Both the position numbers and the translations under genes were made by a program. The notes beneath the pieces were generated by a model, which made no database searches, was not told the origin of the DNA, and was given only the letters and a program-made list of their open reading frames with translations. A DNA stretch of 64,000 nucleotides from Prevotella sp. (GTDB lineage: Bacteria > Bacteroidota > Bacteroidia > Bacteroidales > Bacteroidaceae), in contig JAILFH010000037.1 of NCBI GenBank assembly GCA_024697645.1, forward strand, positions 7,338 through 71,337, written 5' to 3'. Below, in pieces: positions 1-9,844 of the stretch. The stretch's first letter is position 1, and every line of letters begins with the position of its first letter.

Positions 1-199
1 CGATAAGAAAGCCCTATTTAACGAATTTTTCCACGAAGAAAGAAGATATGAGACCTATAACGAAGGGGAAAAACTTTGAGTTTCCAAAGGTCATAAAAGA
101 CATAGTAAGAGAAACTTGAAATAGACTATTATCCCTATACATTTATTATAGGCTTGCCTATGCACTCGAATTATTCAAGACCTGCGTAATCCCAAAGGA

Positions 200-239
200 A
201 AAAGGATGCTTCGATAATACGTTCTCGAAGCATCCTTTT
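200..239. terminator. Probable intrinsic terminator (15-bp perfect stem with A/T flanks) downstream of the GT2 gene
   Basis: aaaaggatgcttcga (200-214) and tcgaagcatcctttt (225-239) are exact reverse complements. Confidence 0.8.
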
Positions 240-260
240 ATAATATTAGTTGTTTGCTGT

Positions 261-1058
261 TTAATTGTCTGCAGGCAGTGATGGATATTTTCTGAACCAA
301 CCGTCCCAGCGCAATCTCATCACGCCGAAGAATGCTTCACTAAAGATGCCACCCGACATCTTCGAAACGCCCTCACGACGATTAATGAAAATGACAGGAA
401 CCTCCTTAATCTTAAAACCAATCTTATAGGCTGTGTATTTCATTTCAATCTGGAATCCATAGCCCTTGAAACGTATCTTATCAAGTTCGATTGTCTGCAA
501 TACGCGACGCTTGTAGCACTTGAATCCTGCAGTAGTGTCATGAACCTTGAATCCTGTCACTATTCTCACATACTGCGATGCGAAATAACTCATAAGAACT
601 CGTCCTATAGGCCAATTCACGACGTTCACGCCACTAATATAACGTGAACCAATGGCAAGGTCATAACCTTCGTCGTGACATGCTGCATAGAGACGAGGAA
701 GATCGTTGGGGTCATGACTGAAGTCGGCATCCATCTCAAAGATGTAGTCGTACTCATGCTCCAACGCCCACTTGAATCCTGTAATGTAGGCCGTACCCAA
801 ACCAAGTTTTCCCGAACGTTCCAAGATGAACAGTCGGTCGCTAAACTCAGTTTCCATCAGACGATGCACAATCTGGGCTGTGCCATCTGGTGAACCATCA
901 TCGATGACCAAGATATGAAACTGGTGTCCTTCCGGCTGAACAGTTCCATCAACCGGATTAACCCTAGACTGGCCGAGCGAAAACACGGCACGGATAATCT
1001 TCTCAATATTCTCCTTCTCGTTGTAAGTGGGAATAATAACGATGCTGTCGCTGTTCAT
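261..1058 (-). CDS. Polyprenol monophosphomannose synthase (GT2, Dpm1/Ppm1-like)
   Basis: IIPTYNE, VIDDGSPDGT, GLGTAY, EMDADFSH, GSRY, DTTAGFK motifs. Confidence 0.9.
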   Translation of the reverse strand: MNSDSIVIIPTYNEKENIEKIIRAVFSLGQSRVNPVDGTVQPEGHQFHILVIDDGSPDGTAQIVHRLMETEFSDRLFILERSGKLGLGTAYITGFKWALEHEYDYIFEMDADFSHDPNDLPRLYAACHDEGYDLAIGSRYISGVNVVNWPIGRVLMSYFASQYVRIVTGFKVHDTTAGFKCYKRRVLQTIELDKIRFKGYGFQIEMKYTAYKIGFKIKEVPVIFINRREGVSKMSGGIFSEAFFGVMRLRWDGWFRKYPSLPADN

Positions 1059-1074
1059 ATTATTCTATCGAAAT

Positions 1075-1779
1075 CTATTGTGTCGAAATCGTTGTCACTT
1101 CAGGAGTATTCGCAGGTTCACTCTTTACCTCCTTCACTTCCTTCACCTCTTTCTTTGGCTCGGGAGCATCTTTCTTCACCTCGTGGCCAGCGCCTGTAGG
1201 TTCATCAGCAAAAGCAGCCTCAGGAAGTGGCTCGGTAATGACGGGAACTTCACTCTTCGGTTCGGCTCGTCGTGAAGGTTTCTCTTCAACCACAACCACA
1301 TCCTCATCCACTTCCGTGCTCTTATCCATATCAACGATATTGCGGTTCATGGTGTTCAGGCGATAGAGTTTGTCAAGATTACCCTGACGAATGGTGAGCA
1401 TAATGTATTTCTCATCCTGAGAAAGTTTTGCATCAACCACACTGCCACTAGCAACACCAGGAACGGCCATCTCTTCCAGCAGTTTGCTCTTGCCATTGAA
1501 ACAATAAAGCACACCACTATTCAGATAATAAAGATCGGCACGCTCGGCATCTGGGAATCGACCTACTACCACACTACCCTTTGGCAACACAGAATTCAGA
1601 CTATCGAATGCTTCTGCAATTGGAAGTCCAGGACCACTTGCACGTTTCGTTGAACCTGTGCAGAACGCCAACACCAGGACTAACAGGACACAGGCAGCAA
1701 TAGCCAAACCTGCCCACAGACGGTTGGTCTTCACTTTATTGATCAATTTGCCTGTTTCTTCTTTCAGATTTTTCTCCAT
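1075..1779 (-). CDS. Hypothetical membrane-anchored protein with acidic/Pro-rich disordered C-terminus
   Basis: Long ORF in operon context, N-terminal hydrophobic helix, KEV-repeat tail; no family recognised. Confidence 0.7.
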   Translation of the reverse strand: MEKNLKEETGKLINKVKTNRLWAGLAIAACVLLVLVLAFCTGSTKRASGPGLPIAEAFDSLNSVLPKGSVVVGRFPDAERADLYYLNSGVLYCFNGKSKLLEEMAVPGVASGSVVDAKLSQDEKYIMLTIRQGNLDKLYRLNTMNRNIVDMDKSTEVDEDVVVVEEKPSRRAEPKSEVPVITEPLPEAAFADEPTGAGHEVKKDAPEPKKEVKEVKEVKSEPANTPEVTTISTQ

Positions 1780-1871
1780 TCCTATAATGTTCTTTTCTGT
1801 AAAAAAGTTCTATTTGTCTGCGAAGATACAACATTTCTTCGATTTATCAAAATAAAAGTGGAAAAAACTGA

Positions 1872-2633
1872 TTATTGGTCTGGATTCTCCACAAATCCTT
1901 GATACTCTGGCACCAAACTACCCATTATCACCTTATAACTCTGCTCTTCAGCATACTTAATATTATCAGGCCCTTGACCAATGGGGGTTATGGGTTCATG
2001 AATGGTCAATCGAAGTGGATGCCAGAAAACCCAGTAGATATCTTTCATGCGTGGTTTCACATTGAAAGATCCATTGATAGTCAGTGGGCAAACTGGTAAC
2101 TGGAGTTCATCTGCTAACATGAATGCGCCACGCTTAAACTGTCCCATATGACCAGTGAACGTACGTGCTCCTTCGGGAAACACCACAAGCGACATCTCAT
2201 CCTTCAAAGTCTGTCGGGCATGTTCATAAGTTTCACGAATCTTACTTGGTCCGCGTTTGTCAACAAAGATATGATGAGCAGCCTCACAAGCCTTCCCGAC
2301 AAAAGGAATACTGCGCAACTGCCGCTTCATCATCCACTTGAAATTACGTCCCAAGAAACCATAAATCAGAAATATGTCGAATGCTCCCTGATGATTACTC
2401 ACAAACACATATGATTGCCCTTTAGCCAGATGTTCACGGCCTTCCACCTTCACTGGCAACAGCAGAATCCTGATAATCAGTTGCGACCACCAACGTCCGG
2501 GATAATAACCCCAGAAATGGCCGTTACCTATGGAACATCCGATAATTACAGCCAATGCAGTTAACAATGTGGCAACAAGGCATATAGGTGCTGCCACTAA
2601 CAGTTGATACAGTCTATATAAAAACGTTTTCAT
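1872..2633 (-). CDS. plsC: 1-acyl-sn-glycerol-3-phosphate acyltransferase family
   Basis: NHQGAFD (NHX4D) and FPEGART motifs. Confidence 0.85.
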   Translation of the reverse strand: MKTFLYRLYQLLVAAPICLVATLLTALAVIIGCSIGNGHFWGYYPGRWWSQLIIRILLLPVKVEGREHLAKGQSYVFVSNHQGAFDIFLIYGFLGRNFKWMMKRQLRSIPFVGKACEAAHHIFVDKRGPSKIRETYEHARQTLKDEMSLVVFPEGARTFTGHMGQFKRGAFMLADELQLPVCPLTINGSFNVKPRMKDIYWVFWHPLRLTIHEPITPIGQGPDNIKYAEEQSYKVIMGSLVPEYQGFVENPDQ

Positions 2634-2689
2634 GCTACCTTATTTATAGTGGTTCTTATTGAACAAAGGGATATTGTTTACCGTATAAG

Positions 2690-3850
2690 TTATTTCGAAA
2701 CCAAAGTAATCACGACAATCTCAGGAGTCACACCAAACCGGAACGGAACGAGTCCACCCAATCCGCAGGTGACATAGAGTTGATGATCTTTTCCGTCATC
2801 ATAGAGGCCATGTATTTCCTTCTGGGTGATTGTGGAGGTACCTATTCCAAATAGCGACAACTGACCGCCATGCGTATGTCCGCTAAGCGTCAGAGGAATA
2901 TCTGCTTCTTTTAAGATAGACTCCCGCCAGACAGCCGGATCATGTTCAATCATAATGACACAATCGTCATCCTTTACACCTTCCAGAGTCTTCTTCACAT
3001 CGCCACGTGCTACTTTTGAGTTACCTGTGCCATTCTCCATACCACCAATGACCAATCTTTGGCCGTCGCGAGTCAGAACACGATGCTCGTTCATCAACAA
3101 TGTCCAACCAAATTGTCGCATGCGGTTCTGGGTATCCTTCTCATTGGCGGCACAGATTGCAGGGTCGTCATTAATATAAGCACTGTAATCATGATTACCC
3201 AAAACAGCGAATACGCCATCGGGTGCTTTCAATAGCCTCAACTTGTCTTGAACAGGATAGAGTTCCGAAGGGCGAAGGTTTTGCAAATCACCTGCAAAAA
3301 CAATCGCATCTGCTTTCTGTGCGTTGATGACATCGATATCACGTTCGAGATATTTCTGGCGCCACCCTTCCATTGAACCCACATGGGCATCTGAGAATAA
3401 CACCATCCTATATCCATTAAATGCCTTGGGCAATCCTTTCACTGCAATCTCCACCTCTTTCACTTCCAATCGGCTCACACCAATAAAACTGCCATAGGCA
3501 ACAATATAGAAAGCCCAGAATCCAAAGAACAGGCCTATGAGATTTCCCCAATTATAGCGTGAGTGAAAGAGTCGCTTCACCAGACGTCCTAATCCTCCGC
3601 AAAGAGTATAGATGGCTTTTGGCACAAATATCAAACAAAACAACAGCAGATAAGTGTTCGTTTCTGTCATGTCTTCTGGAACAAAACTACGTTCCAAAGC
3701 CAGTCTGACGGTCCATACCATCATCGCCAATGTTGGCAACCAACGCAGGACACGTACCCACATTGGCTTTTTGCGAAGACGTCGACGGTCTATATAAAGT
3801 TGAGAAAACAGAAGCACCGCCAACAACAAAAACACGATTCTTGCTATCAT
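2690..3850 (-). CDS. Membrane-bound metallophosphoesterase (YkuE-like)
   Basis: N-terminal TM helices; SDAH, GDLQN, GNHD and GHTHGGQ calcineurin-like motifs. Confidence 0.9.
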   Translation of the reverse strand: MIARIVFLLLAVLLFSQLYIDRRRLRKKPMWVRVLRWLPTLAMMVWTVRLALERSFVPEDMTETNTYLLLFCLIFVPKAIYTLCGGLGRLVKRLFHSRYNWGNLIGLFFGFWAFYIVAYGSFIGVSRLEVKEVEIAVKGLPKAFNGYRMVLFSDAHVGSMEGWRQKYLERDIDVINAQKADAIVFAGDLQNLRPSELYPVQDKLRLLKAPDGVFAVLGNHDYSAYINDDPAICAANEKDTQNRMRQFGWTLLMNEHRVLTRDGQRLVIGGMENGTGNSKVARGDVKKTLEGVKDDDCVIMIEHDPAVWRESILKEADIPLTLSGHTHGGQLSLFGIGTSTITQKEIHGLYDDGKDHQLYVTCGLGGLVPFRFGVTPEIVVITLVSK

Positions 3851-4632
3851 TGTTTAAGAAACTTTCTCATTTGTTCAACACTCATCCCACGACGGCGGGC
3901 ATAATCTTGCAACTGGTCTTCACCCACTCTTCCTACTTCGAAATAGCGAGCCTGTGGATGGGACAGCATCAGCCCCGAAACACTTGCATGGGGACGCATC
4001 ATGCCATTCTCAGTCAATCGAATACCAATCTGCTTCATGTCCAGGATATCATCGAGCAGGAAATTTAGACTCACATCAGGCAATGAAGGATAGCCCACTG
4101 CAGGACGTATTCCCTGAAATTCCTCTCGGTGCATTTGCTTCATCGACAGTTTTTCTTCAGGAGCATAGCCCCACCATTTCTTTCTTACCTCCTCGTGAAT
4201 GCGCTCAACCGTGGCTTCTGCTAATCTATCTGCCAGTGTCTGTACCAGAAGCCGGAGATAATCATCAGTAGCATATTCCTGTTCCATCTCTGAATCCACA
4301 GTTGCTGCAAACAGTCCAATGCGGTCACTGCCCACTTCTGTCCGAATGAAATCGGCCAAACATAAAGAAGGCACCTGATTCTGCTGGCGCAACATAGGCA
4401 ACCGACGATTATTTTCCTCCAGTACAATGTCATCATCCTCGCTATGGGCTCTGAACAATTGGAAGACGGCATGTGTCTGATAGCGTCTGGACAATTCGCA
4501 AAGCATTTCGTCAGCCTCAGCCCGCAGCGCATCACGCTCCTGCTGAGGTTTTCCGTTCAGTCCCCAGGCGTGAAAGAAGTAAATCCAGTTCACGTAGGGA
4601 ACCACTTCGTCAATAGCATAATCTATTTTCAT
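3847..4632 (-). CDS. Stand-alone B12-dependent methionine synthase activation (AdoMet-binding) domain protein
   Basis: YVNWIYFFHAWG, LADRLAEA, GIRPAVGYPSLPD, PHASVSG..HPQARYF match the MetH C-terminal domain; no other MetH domains. Confidence 0.85.
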   Translation of the reverse strand: MKIDYAIDEVVPYVNWIYFFHAWGLNGKPQQERDALRAEADEMLCELSRRYQTHAVFQLFRAHSEDDDIVLEENNRRLPMLRQQNQVPSLCLADFIRTEVGSDRIGLFAATVDSEMEQEYATDDYLRLLVQTLADRLAEATVERIHEEVRKKWWGYAPEEKLSMKQMHREEFQGIRPAVGYPSLPDVSLNFLLDDILDMKQIGIRLTENGMMRPHASVSGLMLSHPQARYFEVGRVGEDQLQDYARRRGMSVEQMRKFLKQ

Positions 4633-4724
4633 CTTGCCTGCGAATTTACAAAGAAAAAACGAAAGGCCGACTTCTTAAAACCAGAAAGGATTTGCAGACC
4701 TTCTACTTTTTGTATTTTACTAAT

Positions 4725-6092
4725 TTAGCAGTCGAATCTGATTTCCTCACCACGGCCACTTGCATCAAACTGTCCTTCATTCAGAGTGAGATGTCCATTG
4801 CAGAATGTATGAGAAACCCGCCAATTCAATGTGGAGCCAGCCAAGGGAGTCCAGCCACAACGACTTTCAACGACATCATCGGTCACAGTCCATGGCTCCA
4901 CAGACCTCACAATGGCTATATCAGCCTTGTAACCCGGCCTCAAAAAGCCTCGCTCACTCACTCTGAACAAACGCGCTGGATTATGACACATCAGTTCTAC
5001 CACCCGCTCCTTTGCAAGAACTCCCTCATCAGCCAAGCCCAGCATGACAGGCAGAGAGAACTGTAACATAGGCATTCCAGATGCAGCCCGACGACAACCA
5101 CCTTCCTTCTGGGCAAGCAGATGAGGAGCATGATCAGTTGCAATTGTCGCAATGCGCCCATCATTCAAAGCACTTCTCAAAGCATCACGGTCGGCAACAG
5201 TCTTCACAGCAGGATTGCATTTAATGCGCGTTCCAAGTTTCAGATAGTCATCTGAAGTGAAAAGCAGGTGGGCAACACATGCCTCAAGAGTGAGATTAGA
5301 AGAGAGAGGCGAATGGACTGATGACTTTGAGGGCTCTACCAATTCGAGTTCCTTTGCCGTAGTCACATGTGCAATGTGAAGTCGCGTTCCATAAGTGAGG
5401 GCAAGTTGAGCAGCAAGAGCCGACGATTCGAGACAGGCTTCCTCCGAACGGATAAGCGGATGAAGCATCACGGGAGGATCGTCGCCGTAAGCCTTCTGCA
5501 TCTGCTTCATATTCTGAGAGATTATATCTGAAGCCTCGCAATGCGCCATCAGTTGCAAGCCAAGTTCCGCAGCCATCTGGAATATCTTCAACAACGAACC
5601 ATAGCGGTCGACCAACATATTACCAGTCGATGATCCCATGAAGAGTTTCACGCCCGGTGTACGCTTTCGGTCGAGTTGTTGGAAGAGTTGATAGTTATTA
5701 TTTGTTGCACCAAAGAAGAATGAATAGTTCACATGACTTTTCTCACTTGCCAGTTGAAACTTCTCATCGAATGCTTCCAAAGTTGTGGTCTGGGGAACTG
5801 TATTCGGCATGTCGAAGAACGAAGTCACACCGCCAAAGGCAGCAACACGACTTTCACTTTCAATATCAGCCTTCTCAGTAAGTCCCGGCTCGCGGAAATG
5901 TACATGTGTATCAATCACTCCGGGCAAAACGAATGCTCCCGTGGCATCAACGATTTTGTCGTAGTTGCCACGGGGAGCATCTTGATTTTCTGTGATTGTT
6001 GCTATACGGTCGTTTTCGATAACGACAGAGCCTCGGAAGGTCCTGCCCTCGTTTACGATACTACCGTTCTCTATCAGAATCTTCTGGTCCAA
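4725..6092 (-). CDS. pyrC: Dihydroorotase (amidohydrolase superfamily)
   Basis: PGVIDTHVHFREPG, DMPNT, KCNPAVK, ATDHAPH; start inferred at TTG 6092 because no ATG lies near the family N-terminus KILIENG. Confidence 0.9.
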   Translation of the reverse strand: MDQKILIENGSIVNEGRTFRGSVVIENDRIATITENQDAPRGNYDKIVDATGAFVLPGVIDTHVHFREPGLTEKADIESESRVAAFGGVTSFFDMPNTVPQTTTLEAFDEKFQLASEKSHVNYSFFFGATNNNYQLFQQLDRKRTPGVKLFMGSSTGNMLVDRYGSLLKIFQMAAELGLQLMAHCEASDIISQNMKQMQKAYGDDPPVMLHPLIRSEEACLESSALAAQLALTYGTRLHIAHVTTAKELELVEPSKSSVHSPLSSNLTLEACVAHLLFTSDDYLKLGTRIKCNPAVKTVADRDALRSALNDGRIATIATDHAPHLLAQKEGGCRRAASGMPMLQFSLPVMLGLADEGVLAKERVVELMCHNPARLFRVSERGFLRPGYKADIAIVRSVEPWTVTDDVVESRCGWTPLAGSTLNWRVSHTFCNGHLTLNEGQFDASGRGEEIRFDC

Positions 6093-6111
6093 GAGTTTCT
6101 TTATTACGTTA

Positions 6112-6900
6112 TCACTTGACGGATGGTTGTGCCAGTTCATTAGGTGTGGGAGCAGGAGCGACTGGCGTTGCAGGAGGAGTTGTAGGCGCAGCAACTGGCA
6201 TTTCACGCATGCCGTTCATAATCTGCTCGTTCTCCTGTGCCTTTTGGTAATAGTCCTTCACATAGGCATCGTTCTTGAAACGCGCAGTAGCCTTGCTCAT
6301 GATATCCTCAATCCAAGGAGTCAGTTGTGGGTAGGGATTACCTACTGTAACCATCATGAACACGCCCGGACCGAGTACGTTATCGAAGTTTTCGGTCACA
6401 AACGTCGTCACCAAACTATCCTCCAAGGCTGACAACTTCAGCGACTTCGCATTCAGTTCATTCACCACCTTATTCATATCACTGCCATCCATGATAGCCT
6501 GATCGTGAAGATGAATCAGTTCCAACTGCTCACTACGCAACTGATTCCACTTATTGAAAAACTGGAACAACTCATCGTTGAGTGGGGTTCCACTGACCAC
6601 TTGCTGCGTATTGTCAATCTTGATGTCAATATCGCCACCTTCAAGAACAAGCGGCAACACACTCTCATCGTCCATAAAGATGCTGGCCATAGCCACCGAG
6701 TCGAAAGCCCCAGAGAAATGGAACTGCCCGTGAACAACGTCACAGGAGTCGAGTTTCTTGAAATCATTGTCCTTGAGAACTTTCAGATAAAGCATCCGTC
6801 CATCGAGCGTAGAGACGTTCGACGAACCCTGAATGTTATAAGTGGTGCCACACGAGGCAAGCCCCAACAGTGATATAAGTGTGTAGAATAGTTTGTTCAT
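6112..6900 (-). CDS. DUF4369-type lipoprotein
   Basis: Lipobox LASC after a short signal; GQFHFSG..DS and SGTPLNDEL typical of DUF4369; start moved to ATG 6900. Confidence 0.75.
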   Translation of the reverse strand: MNKLFYTLISLLGLASCGTTYNIQGSSNVSTLDGRMLYLKVLKDNDFKKLDSCDVVHGQFHFSGAFDSVAMASIFMDDESVLPLVLEGGDIDIKIDNTQQVVSGTPLNDELFQFFNKWNQLRSEQLELIHLHDQAIMDGSDMNKVVNELNAKSLKLSALEDSLVTTFVTENFDNVLGPGVFMMVTVGNPYPQLTPWIEDIMSKATARFKNDAYVKDYYQKAQENEQIMNGMREMPVAAPTTPPATPVAPAPTPNELAQPSVK

Positions 6901-7008
6901 AAACCGTTTTCTGATTCGCGATGTCAAAGGTAATATCAATTCTTCAAGGATAAAAATATTTTTATGCTATTTAAATGAAAACGGCTCAGTTTAAGTTTTT
7001 TTTTCTTT

Positions 7009-7461
7009 TCAAACGCCTTTTCGCGGTGTTTCCGACCCTTTCTCCTGTTCCATTTCGCCACTAATGCGGAATGTTGTGTAGAGTTCAAGCAGGGCTGCAA
7101 TGAGCAAAAGTACTACCCATTTGTTATACACATATTCTATATAGGTGAGATAGCCGTTGCCACCACCTTTGTAGAACAACGGAAGAAGGAACTGATAGCA
7201 GGTATCAACCATCAATATGCCCGACAAGATAAGAAGCAAGTCGGCCACATTCATAATATTCTTCAAACGTTTCACACGGAGATTGCGTCCTTCATAGAGT
7301 TGCATCGACTGAATTGTAGCAAACAATACGGCTCCAACCATATAGACCCAGCACATTACCTCTCGCCAGACTTGTGCTACAAAGCAACAAGCACCCACTA
7401 CGAGCATAATGCCTCCCAGTGCCATCAGGAAAGTCTTCAGTCTACTCAACTGTTTCATCAC
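7009..7461 (-). CDS. Hypothetical four-helix membrane protein
   Basis: Four hydrophobic segments; overlaps the upstream FtsB-like gene. Confidence 0.7.
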   Translation of the reverse strand: MMKQLSRLKTFLMALGGIMLVVGACCFVAQVWREVMCWVYMVGAVLFATIQSMQLYEGRNLRVKRLKNIMNVADLLLILSGILMVDTCYQFLLPLFYKGGGNGYLTYIEYVYNKWVVLLLIAALLELYTTFRISGEMEQEKGSETPRKGV

Positions 7462-7756
7462 TCTTCAAGATATAAATGTCCTCATCATCGGCTTTCATAA
7501 AATACCGACCACGGGCAATCTTCTCAATTGCCTTCGGGTTGTTTTTCAATTCATGCAACTGTATCGAGTCCGCTCTATGCTTGGCATTGTAACGCTCAAT
7601 CTCAGCCTTCAGGTTATTAATCTGAATTTCGTATTTCACCCGACGAACAAAACTATTATCATCGAGGAATCCCACGATGGCAGTTCCGATAATCACTACA
7701 ATAAGATATTTGTAGTGACTCAGAAATTTCATTATTGCGTTCAGTTTGCTGGCCAT
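7442..7756 (-). CDS. Septum formation initiator (FtsB/DivIC family)
   Basis: Single TM, coiled coil, IEKIARGRYFMK..EDIY motif. Confidence 0.8.
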   Translation of the reverse strand: MASKLNAIMKFLSHYKYLIVVIIGTAIVGFLDDNSFVRRVKYEIQINNLKAEIERYNAKHRADSIQLHELKNNPKAIEKIARGRYFMKADDEDIYILKSDETVE

Positions 7757-7815
7757 GCCACTGATAAGTTCAATGTTTCTAATTATAAGTTTAGAGCGTA
7801 CCGCTCAATTTTTTG

Positions 7816-7877
7816 CAAAGGTACAAAAATAATTATGAATTATGAATTATGAATTATAAAAAATTTTCGTACCTTTG
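7816..7877. promoter_or_regulatory. Back-to-back Bacteroidetes -7 boxes (ftsB-like gene / dnaX) separated by (AATTATG)x4
   Basis: TACCTTTG on the minus strand at 7816-7823 and on the plus strand at 7870-7877; heptamers at 7831-7858. Confidence 0.75.
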
Positions 7878-7935
7878 CAAAAATATTTCAAAAACCCTAT
7901 AACTTGAAACTCGAAACTCGATAATTAGGATTTCT

Positions 7936-9744
7936 ATGCAAGAATACATCGTTTCAGCACGCAAGTATCGCCCGATGACCTTCGACTCTGTTGTAGGACA
8001 ATCGGCCCTTACCACAACGCTGAAGAATGCGGTGAAGGGCGGTAAACTCGCCCATGCCTACCTCTTCTGCGGTCCTCGTGGTGTGGGAAAGACCACTTGT
8101 GCGCGCATCTTTGCCAAGGCCATCAACTGCCTTTCGCCTACCGAAGAAGGCGAAGCCTGCAACCACTGTGAGAGTTGTCAGGCTTTTAATGAGCAGCGTT
8201 CTTACAACATCTTCGAACTTGATGCCGCATCGAACAACTCGGTCGAAAACATCAAGTCGCTCATGGAGCAAACCCGCATCCCACCGCAAGTAGGCAAGTA
8301 CAAGGTGTTCATCATTGACGAGGTTCACATGCTCTCGACACAGGCTTTCAACGCGTTCCTTAAGACTCTCGAGGAACCGCCACAGCATGTTATCTTCATT
8401 CTTGCCACAACTGAGAAGCACAAGATTCTGCCGACAATCATCTCTCGTTGCCAGATTTATGATTTCGAGCGAATGACTGTCGCCAACACCATCAACCACT
8501 TGAAGCACGTTGCCGAGCAAGAAGGCGTTCAGTATGAAGACGAAGCGCTGGCAGTCATAGCGGAGAAGGCAGACGGTGGTATGCGAGACGCACTTTCTAT
8601 CTTCGACCAAGCAGTTTCATTCTGTCAGGGGAATATCACTTACCAAAAGGTCATAGAAGATCTGAACGTGCTCGACAGCGACTACTATTTCCGCATCATC
8701 GACCTCTCACTCGAAAACAAGGTCAGCGAAATTATGGTGCTGCTCAATCAGATTATCTCGAGAGGTTTCGACGGAGGTCACCTCATCAATGGCCTCGCTG
8801 CCCACGTGCGCAATGTGCTGATGGCGAAAGACTCTCAGACGCTGCCTCTACTCGAAGTCAGTCAGCAGCAAGTACAACGCTATCAGCAACAGGCACAGAA
8901 GGCACCCACGCAGTTCCTCTATCGAGCCCTGAGCATTATGAATCAGTGCGACCAAGGGTATCGACAGAGCAGCAACAAGCGCCTTCTTGTTGAACTAACT
9001 CTCATCCGCGTGGCACAGATTACTCAGCCTGAGGATGCAGATGTGCCCAGTGCGGGGCGTAGCCCCAAAAGACTGAAATCCCTGTTTCGGAAACTGCTCA
9101 ACAACGTTCAGCAACCTAAGGCGAGTCAGCAGGGTGCCGCCGCCGGACGTAAGAAAGCAACTACAGCAACAAAGGCCGAACCGGTCGTCGTTGCTGAGGA
9201 AAAACCTATGCCCAAACCTGCACCGAAACCGGTTGCAGCGATGCCCACAGGAGCCAAGTTAAAACTCGATCAACTCGGAGTAACCTTTGCCCGTTTGCGC
9301 CAAAACGAACAAGAGACTGCCAACAAAGAAGAAACTGAAGAAATTGTCAGTGAAGAACAGCATCTTTTCACTAAAGAACAACTTCAGGAAGTCTGGATTG
9401 GTATGTGCAATCGAATGCCTGTCTCGATGAAGGCTATGTCGCAACGTATGAAGAATATTGAACCACACATTCTAAATACACCTAAGAATGAAGATGAGGA
9501 AATTCTCATAGAAATCGTTGCCGACAACCAAATCCTTCTCAACGAGTTGAATGGTATCAAAGGCCGAATCCGAGCCACTCTCACCAAAGAACTTCGCAAC
9601 GGCCATATCCAGATTAATATCAGACAAGCCGAAGCCGAAGAGATTAAGCCGATTCTCACCAAGCGGCAGATTTTCGACGAGGTTCGTCGCGACAATCCCG
9701 CCATCGAGAAACTCCGAACCCTACTCGACTTACAACTTACTTAA
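7936..9744 (+). CDS. dnaX: DNA polymerase III subunit gamma/tau
   Basis: SARKYRP, GPRGVGKTT Walker A, Zn-finger Cys, IDEVHMLS, SRC motif. Confidence 0.97.
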   Translation: MQEYIVSARKYRPMTFDSVVGQSALTTTLKNAVKGGKLAHAYLFCGPRGVGKTTCARIFAKAINCLSPTEEGEACNHCESCQAFNEQRSYNIFELDAASNNSVENIKSLMEQTRIPPQVGKYKVFIIDEVHMLSTQAFNAFLKTLEEPPQHVIFILATTEKHKILPTIISRCQIYDFERMTVANTINHLKHVAEQEGVQYEDEALAVIAEKADGGMRDALSIFDQAVSFCQGNITYQKVIEDLNVLDSDYYFRIIDLSLENKVSEIMVLLNQIISRGFDGGHLINGLAAHVRNVLMAKDSQTLPLLEVSQQQVQRYQQQAQKAPTQFLYRALSIMNQCDQGYRQSSNKRLLVELTLIRVAQITQPEDADVPSAGRSPKRLKSLFRKLLNNVQQPKASQQGAAAGRKKATTATKAEPVVVAEEKPMPKPAPKPVAAMPTGAKLKLDQLGVTFARLRQNEQETANKEETEEIVSEEQHLFTKEQLQEVWIGMCNRMPVSMKAMSQRMKNIEPHILNTPKNEDEEILIEIVADNQILLNELNGIKGRIRATLTKELRNGHIQINIRQAEAEEIKPILTKRQIFDEVRRDNPAIEKLRTLLDLQLT

Positions 9745-9770
9745 AGTTTTAAGAGATAATAAGTAACAAG

Positions 9771-9816
9771 TGCCGCATTACTTGACTAAGAACAACAATC
9801 ATCAAGTAATGCGGCA
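9771..9816. terminator. Hairpin between convergent dnaX and porin-family genes
   Basis: tgccgcattacttga / tcaagtaatgcggca, 15-bp perfect stem. Confidence 0.75.
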
Positions 9817-9844
9817 ATTTATTTTCTACCTCACGAAAATTCAA

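Noticed and set aside
1-119. Possible 3' end of an upstream plus-strand gene
   Set aside because: Two frames are open (stops at 79 and 119) and neither has a recognisable motif, so it cannot be assigned
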